DNA from: Takakia lepidozioides
Lineage: Eukaryota; Plantae; Bryophyta
Direction of reading: 5' to 3'
DNA length: 64,000 nt
NCBI GenBank assembly: GCA_030704615.1
Contig: CM060731.1
Span: forward strand, 20,894,001-20,958,000
Below the pieces are notes generated by a model that saw only the letters and a program-made list of their open reading frames with translations, had not been told where the DNA came from and did not search any database. Positions 48,536 through 59,982 of the stretch are shown piece by piece; position 1 is the first letter of the stretch, and each line of letters begins with the position of its first letter. The translations under genes were made by a program, and so were the position numbers.

Positions 48536-51089
48536 TCACCGGTGCAGTGAACGGTCACCCGACTGCCATTCTTTTGCTACCGACCACGCGCACCAACGTA
48601 GGAAGTCCGGTAGGTAGGAAAAGTAGGCCGGCGGATCGAGGGGTGGAACCAATAAGGTAGTAGCCCAGCTTTTCGATGCGGCTGTGAAGCAGCCACCCCA
48701 CCAACTATCTCCCGTCCAGAGTCCCTCTCTCAATGGCTTCTTCTTTTCTTCTTACTAGGGTAGCCTACCCAAGGGTCCAGGGTCATCTAAGTCCAAGTGC
48801 AATCCCCTATGTATCTAGTGACCTTCATGTTTTGGAGATCTACGCCTAGGGTAGCCTATGCCATTGGTCCATGTGTAAAGAATTGGAATCTAAGCCAGCC
48901 AAGTGCAATCCCCTATATATCCGTCTCCTATGTCAAGGCCCATGTGTAAATAATTGAAATCTAAACCCAAGCGCAATCTCCTATGTATCCAAGTGTTTCT
49001 CCCATGTAGAGGCCCAAGTGCAATCCCCCGTGCATCAAGAGACACTGCAGTTTGGGAGATGTCATTGTCATTGTTCCCACAAAGTTTTTTTTTTAATAAT
49101 AAATATTAATAAGTTCCATTTTGCTATTTTTGCAATCTCCCCTGTCGAGGTTTCATATATTAAAATATCCACTTTGCTATTTTTCGCAAATTTCCAGCAA
49201 CCAAAAAAAAACAAATACTTGAAATTCCAAATCTCCCACATGAACGGCCAATCACTGCTCCAGGAAAGCCCACTTTGCTATTTTCCCGAATTTCCAACAA
49301 CCCAAAGTATCTAGAGACCTTTATGTTTGGGAGATTTACGCCTAGGGTAGCCTGTGCCACTGGCCCTAGTGTCCAGTGTCATCTAAGTCCAAGTGCAATT
49401 CCCTATGTATCAAAGTGCGTCTCCTATATCTAGGCCCAAATGCAACCTCTATGACGTTGGGCCAAGTTCCAATGTCATCTAAGTCCAAGTGCAATGCTCT
49501 CTATATCCAAGTGCGTCTCCTATGTCGAGGCCCAAATGCGACCTCCTCTAGGGTAGCATATATGCCGTGGGCCCAAGTGTCAAGTGTCATCTAAGTCCAA
49601 ATGTATGATCTTCTATGTATCCCATTGTGTCTCTTATGTCGAGGCCCAATTGCAACCTCTAGGATAGCATGTACTTTTGGCCCATGTGTGAAGAATTGAA
49701 TATGTAAGACCAAGTGCGATTTCCTATCTATCCAATGCGTTTCCTATATTCAGGCCCAAGTGCGACCTCTAGTGTAGCCTATGCCGTTGGCCCATGTGTG
49801 AAGAATTAAAATCTACGTCCAAGTGCAATCTCCTATGTATCCAAGTGTGTCCTATGTCAAGGCCCAAATGCGACCTCTAGGGTAGCCATTGCCATTGGCC
49901 CAAGTGTCCAATGTCATCGTAAGTTTTTTTCCACAGAGCCTACGACCAGATTTGAACTGGAGACCTTTCCCTTGATATCTCTCCCGTCGAGGCTCCAACT
50001 ATTGTCCGGGAATGCCCACTTTGCCATTTTTGCTATTTTTTGTGAATTTCCAGCAACCAAAAGTACTTGGAATTCCACATCTCCCACACCGCAGGTCTAA
50101 AAATCATGAGACCAAGCCCATGCACCCCTCCTCGTCAATGGCTTTCCAAGGCTATCAAGCACTTGGGCTGGGGCTTGGCGGTTTGGGACATCTCAAATCT
50201 ACAAAACAAACAAAACAAAACAAAACAAAACAAACGTCTCGCTTCATATATCGATGTTTTTCTTTTTTAGGGGAAGTCTCGCCCTTCTTTTAAATTCTTC
50301 CCCATTTTGTTTGACCCATGTGGTTCTTGACTCAAATCTTGATTACATTGTTTAATAAATGAAAGTCTCATCTGTTTATGGGTATTTACCAGTGTTGTGC
50401 GGGTCCTGTCTTTTTAAGGAACCCGCAGGATCTGGGTTTGGGTTTTTTTTGGGAGCCTAATCCGGGTTCGGATCCGGGTACAGTACTCTAAATGTTCGTC
50501 CTATGGCACAGACGGATTTATCCGTGCATGTTCTTGAAAGGAGGCCGGAGTCTCAAATATCTTGTGTAGTATAACTACACATTTCTCACATTTCTCATTT
50601 ATTAAACAATATAGTCAAGATTTGAGTCAAGAACCACATTGGTCACCCATTGTGCACTCTATCGACCAACATAGTTACCAAGTGATTGGAATCAAGTGCA
50701 TCCCATTCAACTATAGCAGATATGTACATGTGACAAAGAGAGCTCCACTCCAAGAGGCCGGTACACTAAAAATGGAGTAGCTCTTATATACACCAACTTT
50801 GACCCGAATCTTCACTCTATGTGGCACTGCTATATATGATCTCCGCACAAGATTGACGGAAGATAATAGGAATAATGTAAGAACTTAATGGACACTTGTG
50901 ATCCTTTGGCTCGCCCAAAGGCCACTTACAAGGCAGAATCGGCCAAACACGGCCCCTTCTTTAGTACGTAAAGGTGGACTACTACCTTATTGGTTCCACC
51001 CCTCGATCCGCCGGCCTACTTTTCCTACCTACCGGACGTGGTCGGTAGCAAAAGAATGGCAGTCGGGTGACCGTTCACGGCACCGGTGA
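48536..51089. repeat. ~110-130 bp inverted repeat pair (48536-48664 / 50979-51089)
   Basis: TCACCGGTGC..GACTGCCATTCTTTTGCTACCGACCACG..GTCCGGTAGGTAGGAAAAGTAGGCCGGCGGATCGAGGGGTGGAACCAATAAGGTAGTAG and its near-perfect reverse complement (one ~17-bp indel). Confidence 0.85.
48756..49920 (+). repeat. Degenerate tandem array of ~100-bp units
   Basis: Recurring CTAGGGTAGCCTATGCC.TTGGCCCA...ATCTAAGTCCAAGTGCAAT..CCTATGTATCCAAGTG.GTCTCCTATGTCGAGGCCCAA.TGC.ACCT, interrupted at ~49040-49330. Confidence 0.8.
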
Positions 51090-51091
51090 CC

Positions 51092-51817
51092 CTCGCTTAC
51101 TTTGTTGCAAGAGAAAAAGTAGTAGTTGCCTGGTGTCGTTGCCCTCCACTACATGTACAGCAAACAGTGATGTTAGTAGATGTCAAACTAAAGACGCGGA
51201 CAACCAGATGGCTAAGCATAAGGAATTGCACAAACCGGATTACGACAGCTGCAAACTGACAACCCCTGGGCAACAGAAGTGGAGGTTGGAGGTCGGAGTT
51301 TACCGCATAGAACCCAGTGTTTCCAGCATCATGTTCGACAGCTTGAGAAAAGTCACAACTATCAACGGCTGCTGTCGACGACATTAGATGAACGTTGTGG
51401 AAACCAGCTGGAAATGTGAAAACTGTCACGGTACAAAATTCAGCATGAGTTCTGCGCAGACATCATCCTTACAATTTGGAGTGGATCAGAATAGCAGAGA
51501 AGCAAGCTTAAAGAAACGCACTCTGGAGGGAGTAAGCCACAGAGTTGAAGAGAAAAAAAGAATAAAACGTCCTCTGGACAATAAAAAATAGCATGAACAG
51601 TGGTCCACGAGAGTATAGCCGAATCACCTAAGATGTCACCAATCTCGATGCTCAGTGCATAGTTTGGTGCACTACCAATTGAAGTATCAAAATCGGTCCA
51701 TCCAGAAGTGTCACCAACAGTAAGTGTTTTGGCACATGTGTGCCGAAAGAAAAAGAAAGATATAAGGCACAGAGTTACAGCGACCGAACACCTTTGTTGG
51801 CTGAAGAGACCAGCCAT
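51092..51817 (-). pseudogene. Phytocyanin (stellacyanin-type) 5' half, inside an inverted segment
   Basis: Signal peptide + TLTVGDTSGW..GDIL (exon 1), VFTFPAGFHNVHL..DSCDF (exon 2), WRATTPGNYYFFSCNKVSE (start of exon 3). Confidence 0.85.
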
Positions 51818-52579
51818 GATCTAACCTGTGAACAGACAACAAGGATGGTGTTTTAACTGTAAGAAAACGTGTTGAAGTAAGAACCATACCGAGATTATGC
51901 CTAGGGCGGGGGAATTCAGGAAAATCACAGGGAAATCTCAGGGAAACGGAACAATTCGAGCGTGCAACCATGAGCAATCAGAAGCAGTACACCACTTGAG
52001 TTGATTAAAAGTTTGCACTGAGCTGCAACAGGAATTACAGCAGTTGATTCCACAGACATACGTTATTAATATGATAGACTGCCAGGTTATCTGCACATAC
52101 TTCATTCACTAGTTGCACTTCGGATACTTGATAGAACTCATTAAAGCAGATGGAATTGCTGAACCTACCAGGCCTGCCTCACTGACACAGCATTTACAGT
52201 GGAATTCCTGTGAGACCCGAAATATCATTCACAGACTCACTAGCAGACGAGAATAATGGTTCCTTAGTGTCCCATGAAAATCGTAATCTGCTTACCAAAT
52301 GATGTACAACAGAGCCAACCTCACGGCGGTTGAGATGGCATTTTAGCAGCTCTAATTCAACTCGTAAATAGGCTTGATATTTAGCAAATCACAGTTTCTT
52401 TACAAGGTACATACATGTTCTCAAACAAGATTGTAAGATGATCACTCGCAGGAATTCAACCTTCACCCAGATCCTTCCATACATTTGTCCATGAAACCAG
52501 TTGTGGTAAAAATATTCAGGGTTTCTCACATAGCGGATCTACCTGAACGGAGGCAAAAGTATTGGCGTCCTTCAAGCAC

Positions 52580-53445
52580 GGTTTAGTGCTCACACATTGC
52601 AACATCGGTCAGAAATTGGCCATCTCAGTGACTGGAGATGTCACCAGCCCCGCATTTGCGCCTACATCACGGAGCGCTACGGCTCCTACTGTCATCAGTA
52701 CCCCAGCTCCTCCTGCTTCCCAAGGCCCTTCTGTGCCGTTGGCTCCTGCCCCTGGCTTCTCCCCGGGTTCCCCTGCTGTGAGCCCTACCATAGTGCCTGT
52801 ACCGCCTGAGACTGCACCTGCGAATGAGCCAGACTTGGTTAGTTTTTTTCATATTTATTTTTATTTCATTCTATTTATAAAGGGAAACACACCTGGGAGC
52901 GACAGCTCACAAATCAGGCCCCTTGCTAGTGAGAGGAGAAAATAACCTCTTTCACAGTGTGGCGGGTGAGAAATGGGACACCACCCAGGGAAGAGGGTCA
53001 AGTAGCAGATTTGACCCCAGAATCATCTGGGTGGCACTCAGTGCACTAACCAACTGAGCTACTGACTGTTGGTGATTAGTTTGATTTGTTGGAGACTAAG
53101 AACAATTCCCTGTGTTTCGACAAAACTAGCATCTAGAAATGGAGAGTGAGAAAGCTTACTGTAGGATATTGTGTTCAATTTTTCCTGTTGTTTGTTTTCT
53201 TGTACAGGAGGCTGAATTCAGGTTGTATTATCGACAAATTGCATTTTTGGCTCGTGATTGGTGTCACCGTCCTGGCGCTGTGCTGCGCAATCCGGACCCA
53301 GATCTCTACACAGATCTCAACTATATGTTGGATGCGCAGCGATAACTTTCTACAAGCAGGCTTATTTGTACAGGTCTACCGGAATTTATTACGAATTGCA
53401 GCAATCGATCCTCCCTGTCAATATACACACAAAGCTCAAAAGTGA
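52580..53445 (+). pseudogene. Phytocyanin 3' half (HC..GQKL, Pro/Ala/Ser-rich AGP-like stalk, GPI-signal-like tail)
   Basis: GLVLTHCNIGQKLAISV..APAPPASQGPSVPLAPAPGFSPGSP..; after an intron, RLNSGCIIDKLHFWLVIGVTVLALCCA; end coordinate approximate. Confidence 0.75.
52845..53066 (-). mobile_element. tRNA-derived SINE in the phytocyanin intron
   Basis: Minus strand begins with A-box TAGCTCAGTTGG and B-box-like GGGTCAAATC, and ends in an A-rich tail (ATAAATAGAATGAAATAAAA). Confidence 0.6.
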
Positions 53446-53582
53446 AGTCGTCTGATCACACTACCATAATGTTCATACATTTCCTTATTGCAGATTATAC
53501 ATTACCGAATTTTTTCAGCTACTCAATGTAATTTTATGTGGGTTTCCAGCAGGTCTTGAGGGGATGTAATTATGTCCTTTAA

Positions 53583-54329
53583 CCCTTAAGTTCCCAAGCC
53601 CTTTTTTGACTTTTTACCAATTTTGGGTACCCAGCTGCAGTTGACATACCAAAAAATGAGCCAAGTCCACCGTGCAAATTGTGAGATTATAGCATTGGCC
53701 GGGACCGCAAATATCAGGTCCCAAAGAAAAAGTGAGAAAGAAATTGGTTTGACCAAATCATAACCTAGCTTTATCCAATTTTGCTTGCCCAAAGACCCAC
53801 CATTTCCAAATCAATAGTGGAGTGGCTATGACCCCACTAAATTGCAGGTCCAACTGATTTTTTCACCTATGGTTGCTATGCATGCAATTACATGGGGGTT
53901 GAAATCTCAAAATTGACAAGAGAAAATGTGCCTCCAAATGAAGTACTTTTTTTTCTACAAAAATTTTAAAAGCCAATGGTGGATGTGTGTATGTAATGCT
54001 CACACACCACAAGGTGAAGCGCTTTTTCCAAAATTGCTAATTTTCTGCCAAAAATTGCCTTTGGAGTGCAATCTGTTTTGGGCTTGTTTACCTGCCACGT
54101 CAGCGGTCAACAAACCCTTTTCAGGCCCCAAAACCTAAATAGAGACCTAAGATATTTTTTGTACGTCGTAGCTTTTTTTCTTTTTTTTTTTTTTTTTTTG
54201 CATCATACTCGAGACAAATCCCTTGTCATTAAAGCTTCAGGAGTGGGCCCCATCAGATTAGATCTGCAAAAATTAGGTCGACCTACAAATTCAAAGTGAC
54301 CCCATTCATGTCGCTTGGGAACTTAAGGG
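53583..54329. mobile_element. piggyBac-like non-autonomous element
   Basis: Perfect 17-bp TIR CCCTTAAGTTCCCAAGC / GCTTGGGAACTTAAGGG, flanked on both sides by TTAA (53579-53582, 54330-54333). Confidence 0.8.
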
Positions 54330-54394
54330 TTAATAAAGTTTCCAGGGTCACTGTCCCTGTTCTATTTTTTAAAAAACAAATTATGGAATACCTC

Positions 54395-54680
54395 CAGAGT
54401 TTTTCTTAATAATTCGGAAAATAGCACGAGTGGCTACAGAGTTTTGCAAAAATTAGGCATATATTATGTTCATCCATTCAAATTAGGACAGAATCATCCA
54501 CATCCATACTTTAATCCATTTATATCATCCATATTTGGTGAATTCATCCATAATTTTTATTTTGTTTTGGAGAAATTTGGCGATTTTATCCATAAAAAAA
54601 AACGGAATTTGCTACGGAATATTCTTTTCTATTTTTTGAGGTCGCCATTTGGCGAAAATTCGCCAAAACAAAAAACGCTG
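54395..54680. mobile_element. hAT-type MITE, copy 2
   Basis: CAGAGTTTTT...AAAAACGCTG termini with perfect 8-bp TSD AATACCTC (54387-54394, 54681-54688). Confidence 0.9.
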
Positions 54681-55694
54681 AATACCTCTCACACTGAGTA
54701 GTATATATATGTAAGTACTCCGGCATGCCATCGTGTCATGTCATGCTATGTATGCATGTCAAGCATGGGCTCATGAGTCATGGTGTGCCTTCCCATGGAT
54801 GGGGCGATCAACGGTTGGAATAGATCTGTGGAGACCCTGGTTGTATATGTGCGTGCGTGTGCGTGCGTTGCGAAAATATTTGTAATACTCTTCTGTCCGC
54901 CCTCCGAGTGTTGTGTGGATTTACGTGCTGAAAATGTGTGGAGTCTTAGCCTGTATGTGTGGGGGGTTTTATCGCATTCGTTTTGTCTTTCTTAGAAAGG
55001 CTGTTGGATCCACACCAAGAAAATACATGAGTAGTTTTTGATTGGTCTTGTTTATGAGAAAGTAGTTCGATTTCCATCTTTTGCTGTCAATTTGTCCCAC
55101 TGACATTTGAGTAATCAGTTCTGAAATCAAACGTTGAGTGATTTGCATTGATTTACTGAGACCACACTCGAGTGACCATTTCTCAGCGGTTTGAGTGTCA
55201 CTTTTGAAATGGAAAATTTTAGCTTCTGAGAAGGATTCTCTGCCGCCTTCGACAAACATTTTTTACGCACTGTCGTCCTCTGTCTCAGATATTATTACTG
55301 CGGAGGAAAATGTGTCTGCATTATCTCATATCCTTCCAACGGCCAGAAGCCTGGTGAGCTCGTATTGAATCTTTCCTCTTGTATGTAAGCTCTCGGAGGG
55401 ATGCTGTAGCGAATTCTAAAATGTCAAATGTACGGTGCTTTGAAGAGAGGTTAGCAGTGTGATCTGTCATCGGAGCATCGTTGGATTGAGTAGAGTATTC
55501 TTGGTTCTGATTCTGCCAAATCTTAGCTGGTCCAGATGCTGTAAAGAATTGTGATATCACAGATATTGCTGTAACTCTCTCCCATATTCGTATGTACACG
55601 AACTGCTTCTCCTTTAACAATGATTTGACCTAGACGATTCATTCAGCAACTTTCTTATTCGTTTCTGCAGAGGTGACTGCCATAAGGAAACGGG

Positions 55695-57676
55695 ATGGGA
55701 TGTGCACAGAGCTCAAATCCAAAATGCTACTTGGATATAGCAGTAAATGACAAGCTGATAGGACGCTTAGCCATTGAGTTGCGAGCAGACAAGGTTCCTA
55801 AAACAGCAGAGAATTTTCGATGTCTTTGCACTGGCGAAAATGGCAACTCCTACCAAGGGACTAGTATTCATCGCATTGTTCAAGGTTTCATAGCTCAGGT
55901 GAGCTGTATTCTGCTACTTTCTGTCACCAATAAGGCTGGATCTGTAACCTGTGTACAGACCTTCTCTCTGGTGATGAAACAATCCCACATTTTGGGCAGT
56001 GGATGTGCCATGCTAATAGAGTATTTCGAGGCGCTCAGTGTCAGTAGATTTCCGCTGCAAATGTGGTCCAGATTAGGGAACGTCAGAAAAGTCGCTTTTA
56101 CATTGCACCTTAGACTACCACCCGTACATTGAAACAAGCATAGGTTTACTTATCTTAGTAGTGGAGTAATTGACGTGGCCACAAAATATTTTTAGAGATC
56201 ACAGTGGCTCTTCAATGGATTCATATTCCTGACATTGGTCCCCTCAACTGAGTGTGGAAGTGTAGCATGGCCTCTCCACCAATTATCTTGAACTACAGCA
56301 ATTCATGAATGACTTTGTTGGAGATCAAAATGTATGCAAGTTTTGAGAGTTCTTCCATATTTGCTGGCAGGGGGGTGACTGTGGGAAATCAATTTATGGG
56401 AAGAGATTCAATGATGAGAATTTCAAGCTTCTGCATAAGGGCAAGGGAGTGCTCTCAATGGCAAACACGGGGCCCCATACAAATGGTAAACAATGTGCTT
56501 CAATTTCAGGTCACCAAGAGCATAAAAGATTTTGGTTATGCTGGTGCATGGTTCAATAACATCAAAGAATGGCTGCATATTTCTGCTAGATCTATCGAAT
56601 TATGTACCAGTTCTTTTGCGATGAGGGAATGAACAGGGGATGACTACTTTTAACATGACTCATTGTGTGATCTGCATCGGGATCTGCTGACCTGGCAAAC
56701 ACAGAAGATGTCCTGCCTTCACAGGAAGAAATGTGTTCTCTGGCATCTTATCATGGCAAATGGATGCATTGCTAATGCAGTAGCCAGCTGCCATTTTTTG
56801 AGCGAACAAGAAAACTAGTTTCAGAACCCACATTTGTTGCTCTGTTTTCTATTAACTCTCAACTTGTTGTACCCTATTCTCATGATACGAACCATCCTAT
56901 AGTGCTGTCTTTCATTTGCCACTCAGCTTTGCAGAGTTTCCTGACTTCTAAAGCAATCATTCACAAAGCTAACCATCAGCAGAATTCCTCCTCTCTTCAT
57001 GTTTTCTATGATGTGGTTACTTTTTATCTCTCTGTGAGCTGGCCGCTTTGTTCCAGGACATTATTGCTTGAAAGTAGTTGACAAAGTTAGCAGAAACTGG
57101 AAACCTCACTGAAACTTTATCAAGATATCTTCTCCAGTTGCCTGATCAATGCATCTCTAGGATGTAGTCTTCAGAAGTAATGGTAATTGGAATCATTGGC
57201 AGCTATGTTCAGCCTCAGGCCCAGATTGGCAGTGAGTATGTTCATTCTGGTTATGTTCTGCAGGCACACAGTTTTTTATCTCACTGGGGGATTGCTCAGA
57301 GCTAGATGGAAAGCATGTGGTTTTTGGCAAAGTTATTGACGGTATGTATTCTGGACTGTAACGAAAACTATCAACCTGGCAGTAGTTGAACAAGTCTGCT
57401 GGTATTAGGAAAGCACTGTATCTTCCCTCTATTGAACCGCCCATTCTTGGTTTTGGCACTCTAACTTGATACCTGTCGGTTTATATGGATAGTCTCTTTT
57501 ATGTGTAGCTATCCAACTAGTGAGCTCACAAATTCCTGTCTAATCTTGCTATCTGAACAGGGAAAGAAATACTGGAGGCATTGAGTGTATTGGGTACAAC
57601 TGAGGGCCAAACCAAAAAAACAGTTACTATTGTCGACTGTGGAGAGCTCCAACACCGCCAGAGACCCAAGAACTAG
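55695..57676 (+). CDS. Cyclophilin-type peptidyl-prolyl isomerase, atypical, N-terminal MGCAQS (4 exons)
   Basis: Exons 55695-55898, 56371-56485, 57264-57341, 57561-57676: [71 protein letters not shown]; TAG at 57674-57676. Confidence 0.92.
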
Positions 57677-58216
57677 CCTGCCACACCGCAAGTCCTGTAA
57701 GAGGGGGTGCATGTTCTTGACCATCCAGGATAGGAAATGCTTTGTAAGGCACTCTCCCATGTTGTAAACAGTGTTAGCAAGACATTTTGATATGATTCGG
57801 GGTTGCTTGTTAGAGATTGCCTGCCTTACCATTGTTCTTACCATAGAATGTGCGCGTGTAACGCTTTGCCATAACACATATGCTCTAGCCTTGACCCTTC
57901 AAAACCCTCCGAGATCCATTGGCTAGCAGGTGGAAATCCCAGGACCGTACTGTCCTGGACCAATGTCAATTATGCATCTGAGGTTTGCATTTAAGGGAAA
58001 GTTTGAACATGGAGAGTTCCAAGGAGGAAAGGTGCCCCACGACCTAAAATTCCAACCTCTGGCTATCCAACCTACCCCTCAAGGGCAGTGCATTGTCAAG
58101 GCTGTGGACTTGCCCCTGGTTCTGGCACAGACTGTAAGAGGCAGAAGATAGGTGAAAGTTCAATCACAGGAACAATACAACATATATACCTGCACAATAC
58201 TGGTAATTAGTACTTA

Positions 58217-58465
58217 CTGTATTGGGCGGATAGTAACTTCTCTTAATATCCGCCGATTCCGGTAATGCCAACATCGCAAACAGCGTGTCAGGCTATGCAT
58301 CCAGTTATTGAATTTGGGGTGGGTATCAACCCAATGTTGGCCCAGTATTATGGCGGATCTAGAATCTTTCTGACACATTTTCATACTGGCTGGTTCCGGT
58401 TCCGGAGACCTTGGTATCCACTGCGATATCCTGATGGCTCTATACTCTATACCCGCCCAACACTG
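58217..58465. mobile_element. hAT-like MITE remnant
   Basis: Inverted termini CTGTATTGGGCGG / CCGCCCAACACTG; no TSD seen. Confidence 0.45.
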
Positions 58466-58982
58466 GTTTGTACATATTTACACACAAAAGAACACTATTG
58501 GATGATCAACAGATCATGAATATTATTCTAGTACTGGAAAGATGAAAATGCCAAAGGGTTTCTTGGTGTTGCAAACTTGGATCATTCCATTGAATAGGGT
58601 GATGGAGTATGGGGTGGTATCACCTTGCAAGGGGGGTATTGAGGTTTCTTTTAATTATTGGATGGTCTAGCATTAAAAGTTCAAAAGTTCAAAAAGAGCG
58701 TAAGGGCAAGGTTGCATAAATCAGAACTGAACCAAATTGCCACTGAACCTTGAAGTCTTGTTGAGAATGACGACGATCCCGGTCCCCCTAGCCTAACTTT
58801 GCCAACGCCAAGCACTCCACCTTGAAGACGATCCCATTGGCCCACCTGCACCAAGCCCCTCACCATGCCCCAACCTTCCCTTGCATCCTGCCACTGCTCC
58901 CCTGTATTCCTGCAACAACCACAACCACAACCACTAGTGAGTTGTTTGGCCCACCCTCAAGATAGAAAAGAACTACTCTCTG

Positions 58983-59421
58983 GCTCTGAAACCACTATGT
59001 TGAAGATACAAATTTGAAGCCATTAGTGAGTCTTCAAACCCAACCCACATAATAGTTAGAACTATATAGAAAATAGAACTATGTCAACTAGTGAGTAGTG
59101 AAGATGGCTATATCAGTTGGCTATACCTATCTGCAGAACTATGTAGAAACTAGAAAGCCAACTAGTGACTAGTAAAACCCCCTTTTTTTATGGCTTTGCT
59201 TGACAGGTCAGAAGTTAAATTACCCCTACCTTTGGGATACCAGGACCCACCGACTAGACCCTACATTCATGGGACCATGTGCTCCCTGCTTTTATTCCTA
59301 GACCATACACATGGCCTTACTACATACGCCCCCCATTCTAATTCTTGGACCACTCTAGAATGAACCGGGCCCAAATGAAACTACTCTACATATTACTTAA
59401 ATTTCTCTAATATTTCAAACA
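58983..59421 (-). mobile_element. 5' LTR (58998-59421) plus tRNA-iMet PBS of a truncated LTR retrotransposon
   Basis: TGTTGAA...TTCAAACA termini; adjacent GCTCTGAAACCA = revcomp TGGTTTCAGAGC (1 mismatch to the canonical TGGTATCAGAGC). Confidence 0.7.
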
Positions 59422-59947
59422 TGATCTTTTGAAGGGCGAATGGACATCACACTCTCTAGGTATGGATGACCATTTATCTTCAGGATTTGGGCCTAAGCGA
59501 TGAAAGGGGGTTGGTATCATGTGAGCACAACCGACGATCATGGGAGTTTTATGTTTTTAAACCTCGGTCATATGAGTTATATGTTTTCCAAACGGAATAA
59601 AACCATAAGCGGGTATAGAGGCCTGGTGCATTTGTACAGTACATTCGCGCAATTCAACGAGGTGAAACCTTCAGTAGTGTAGCCAAAAACCGTGAACCTG
59701 TAGTGGCGACAGTGAATTTCGCATTGAGAAATTATACTTGAAGGATATGGGCAGCGGTGAATTTTGCACTGAGAAATACTTGGTGATATGAGCACAAACT
59801 AACTAAGCGGTGGATTTTGCATTGAGAAATCCCATCACCCAAAAATCCTACATCCCAAAGGAATGGGTGGGGCTTGAAAAGTGGCCTATTTATCCTTTTA
59901 GCCACAAAGTGATTTGCTTCGTGGGCGGAATTTCGAGTGCGAAATTA

Positions 59948-59982
<35 letters not shown>

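Noticed and set aside
48756-49920. CRISPR-like array
   Set aside because: Units are degenerate along their whole length with no unique spacers; eukaryotic context and no cas genes.
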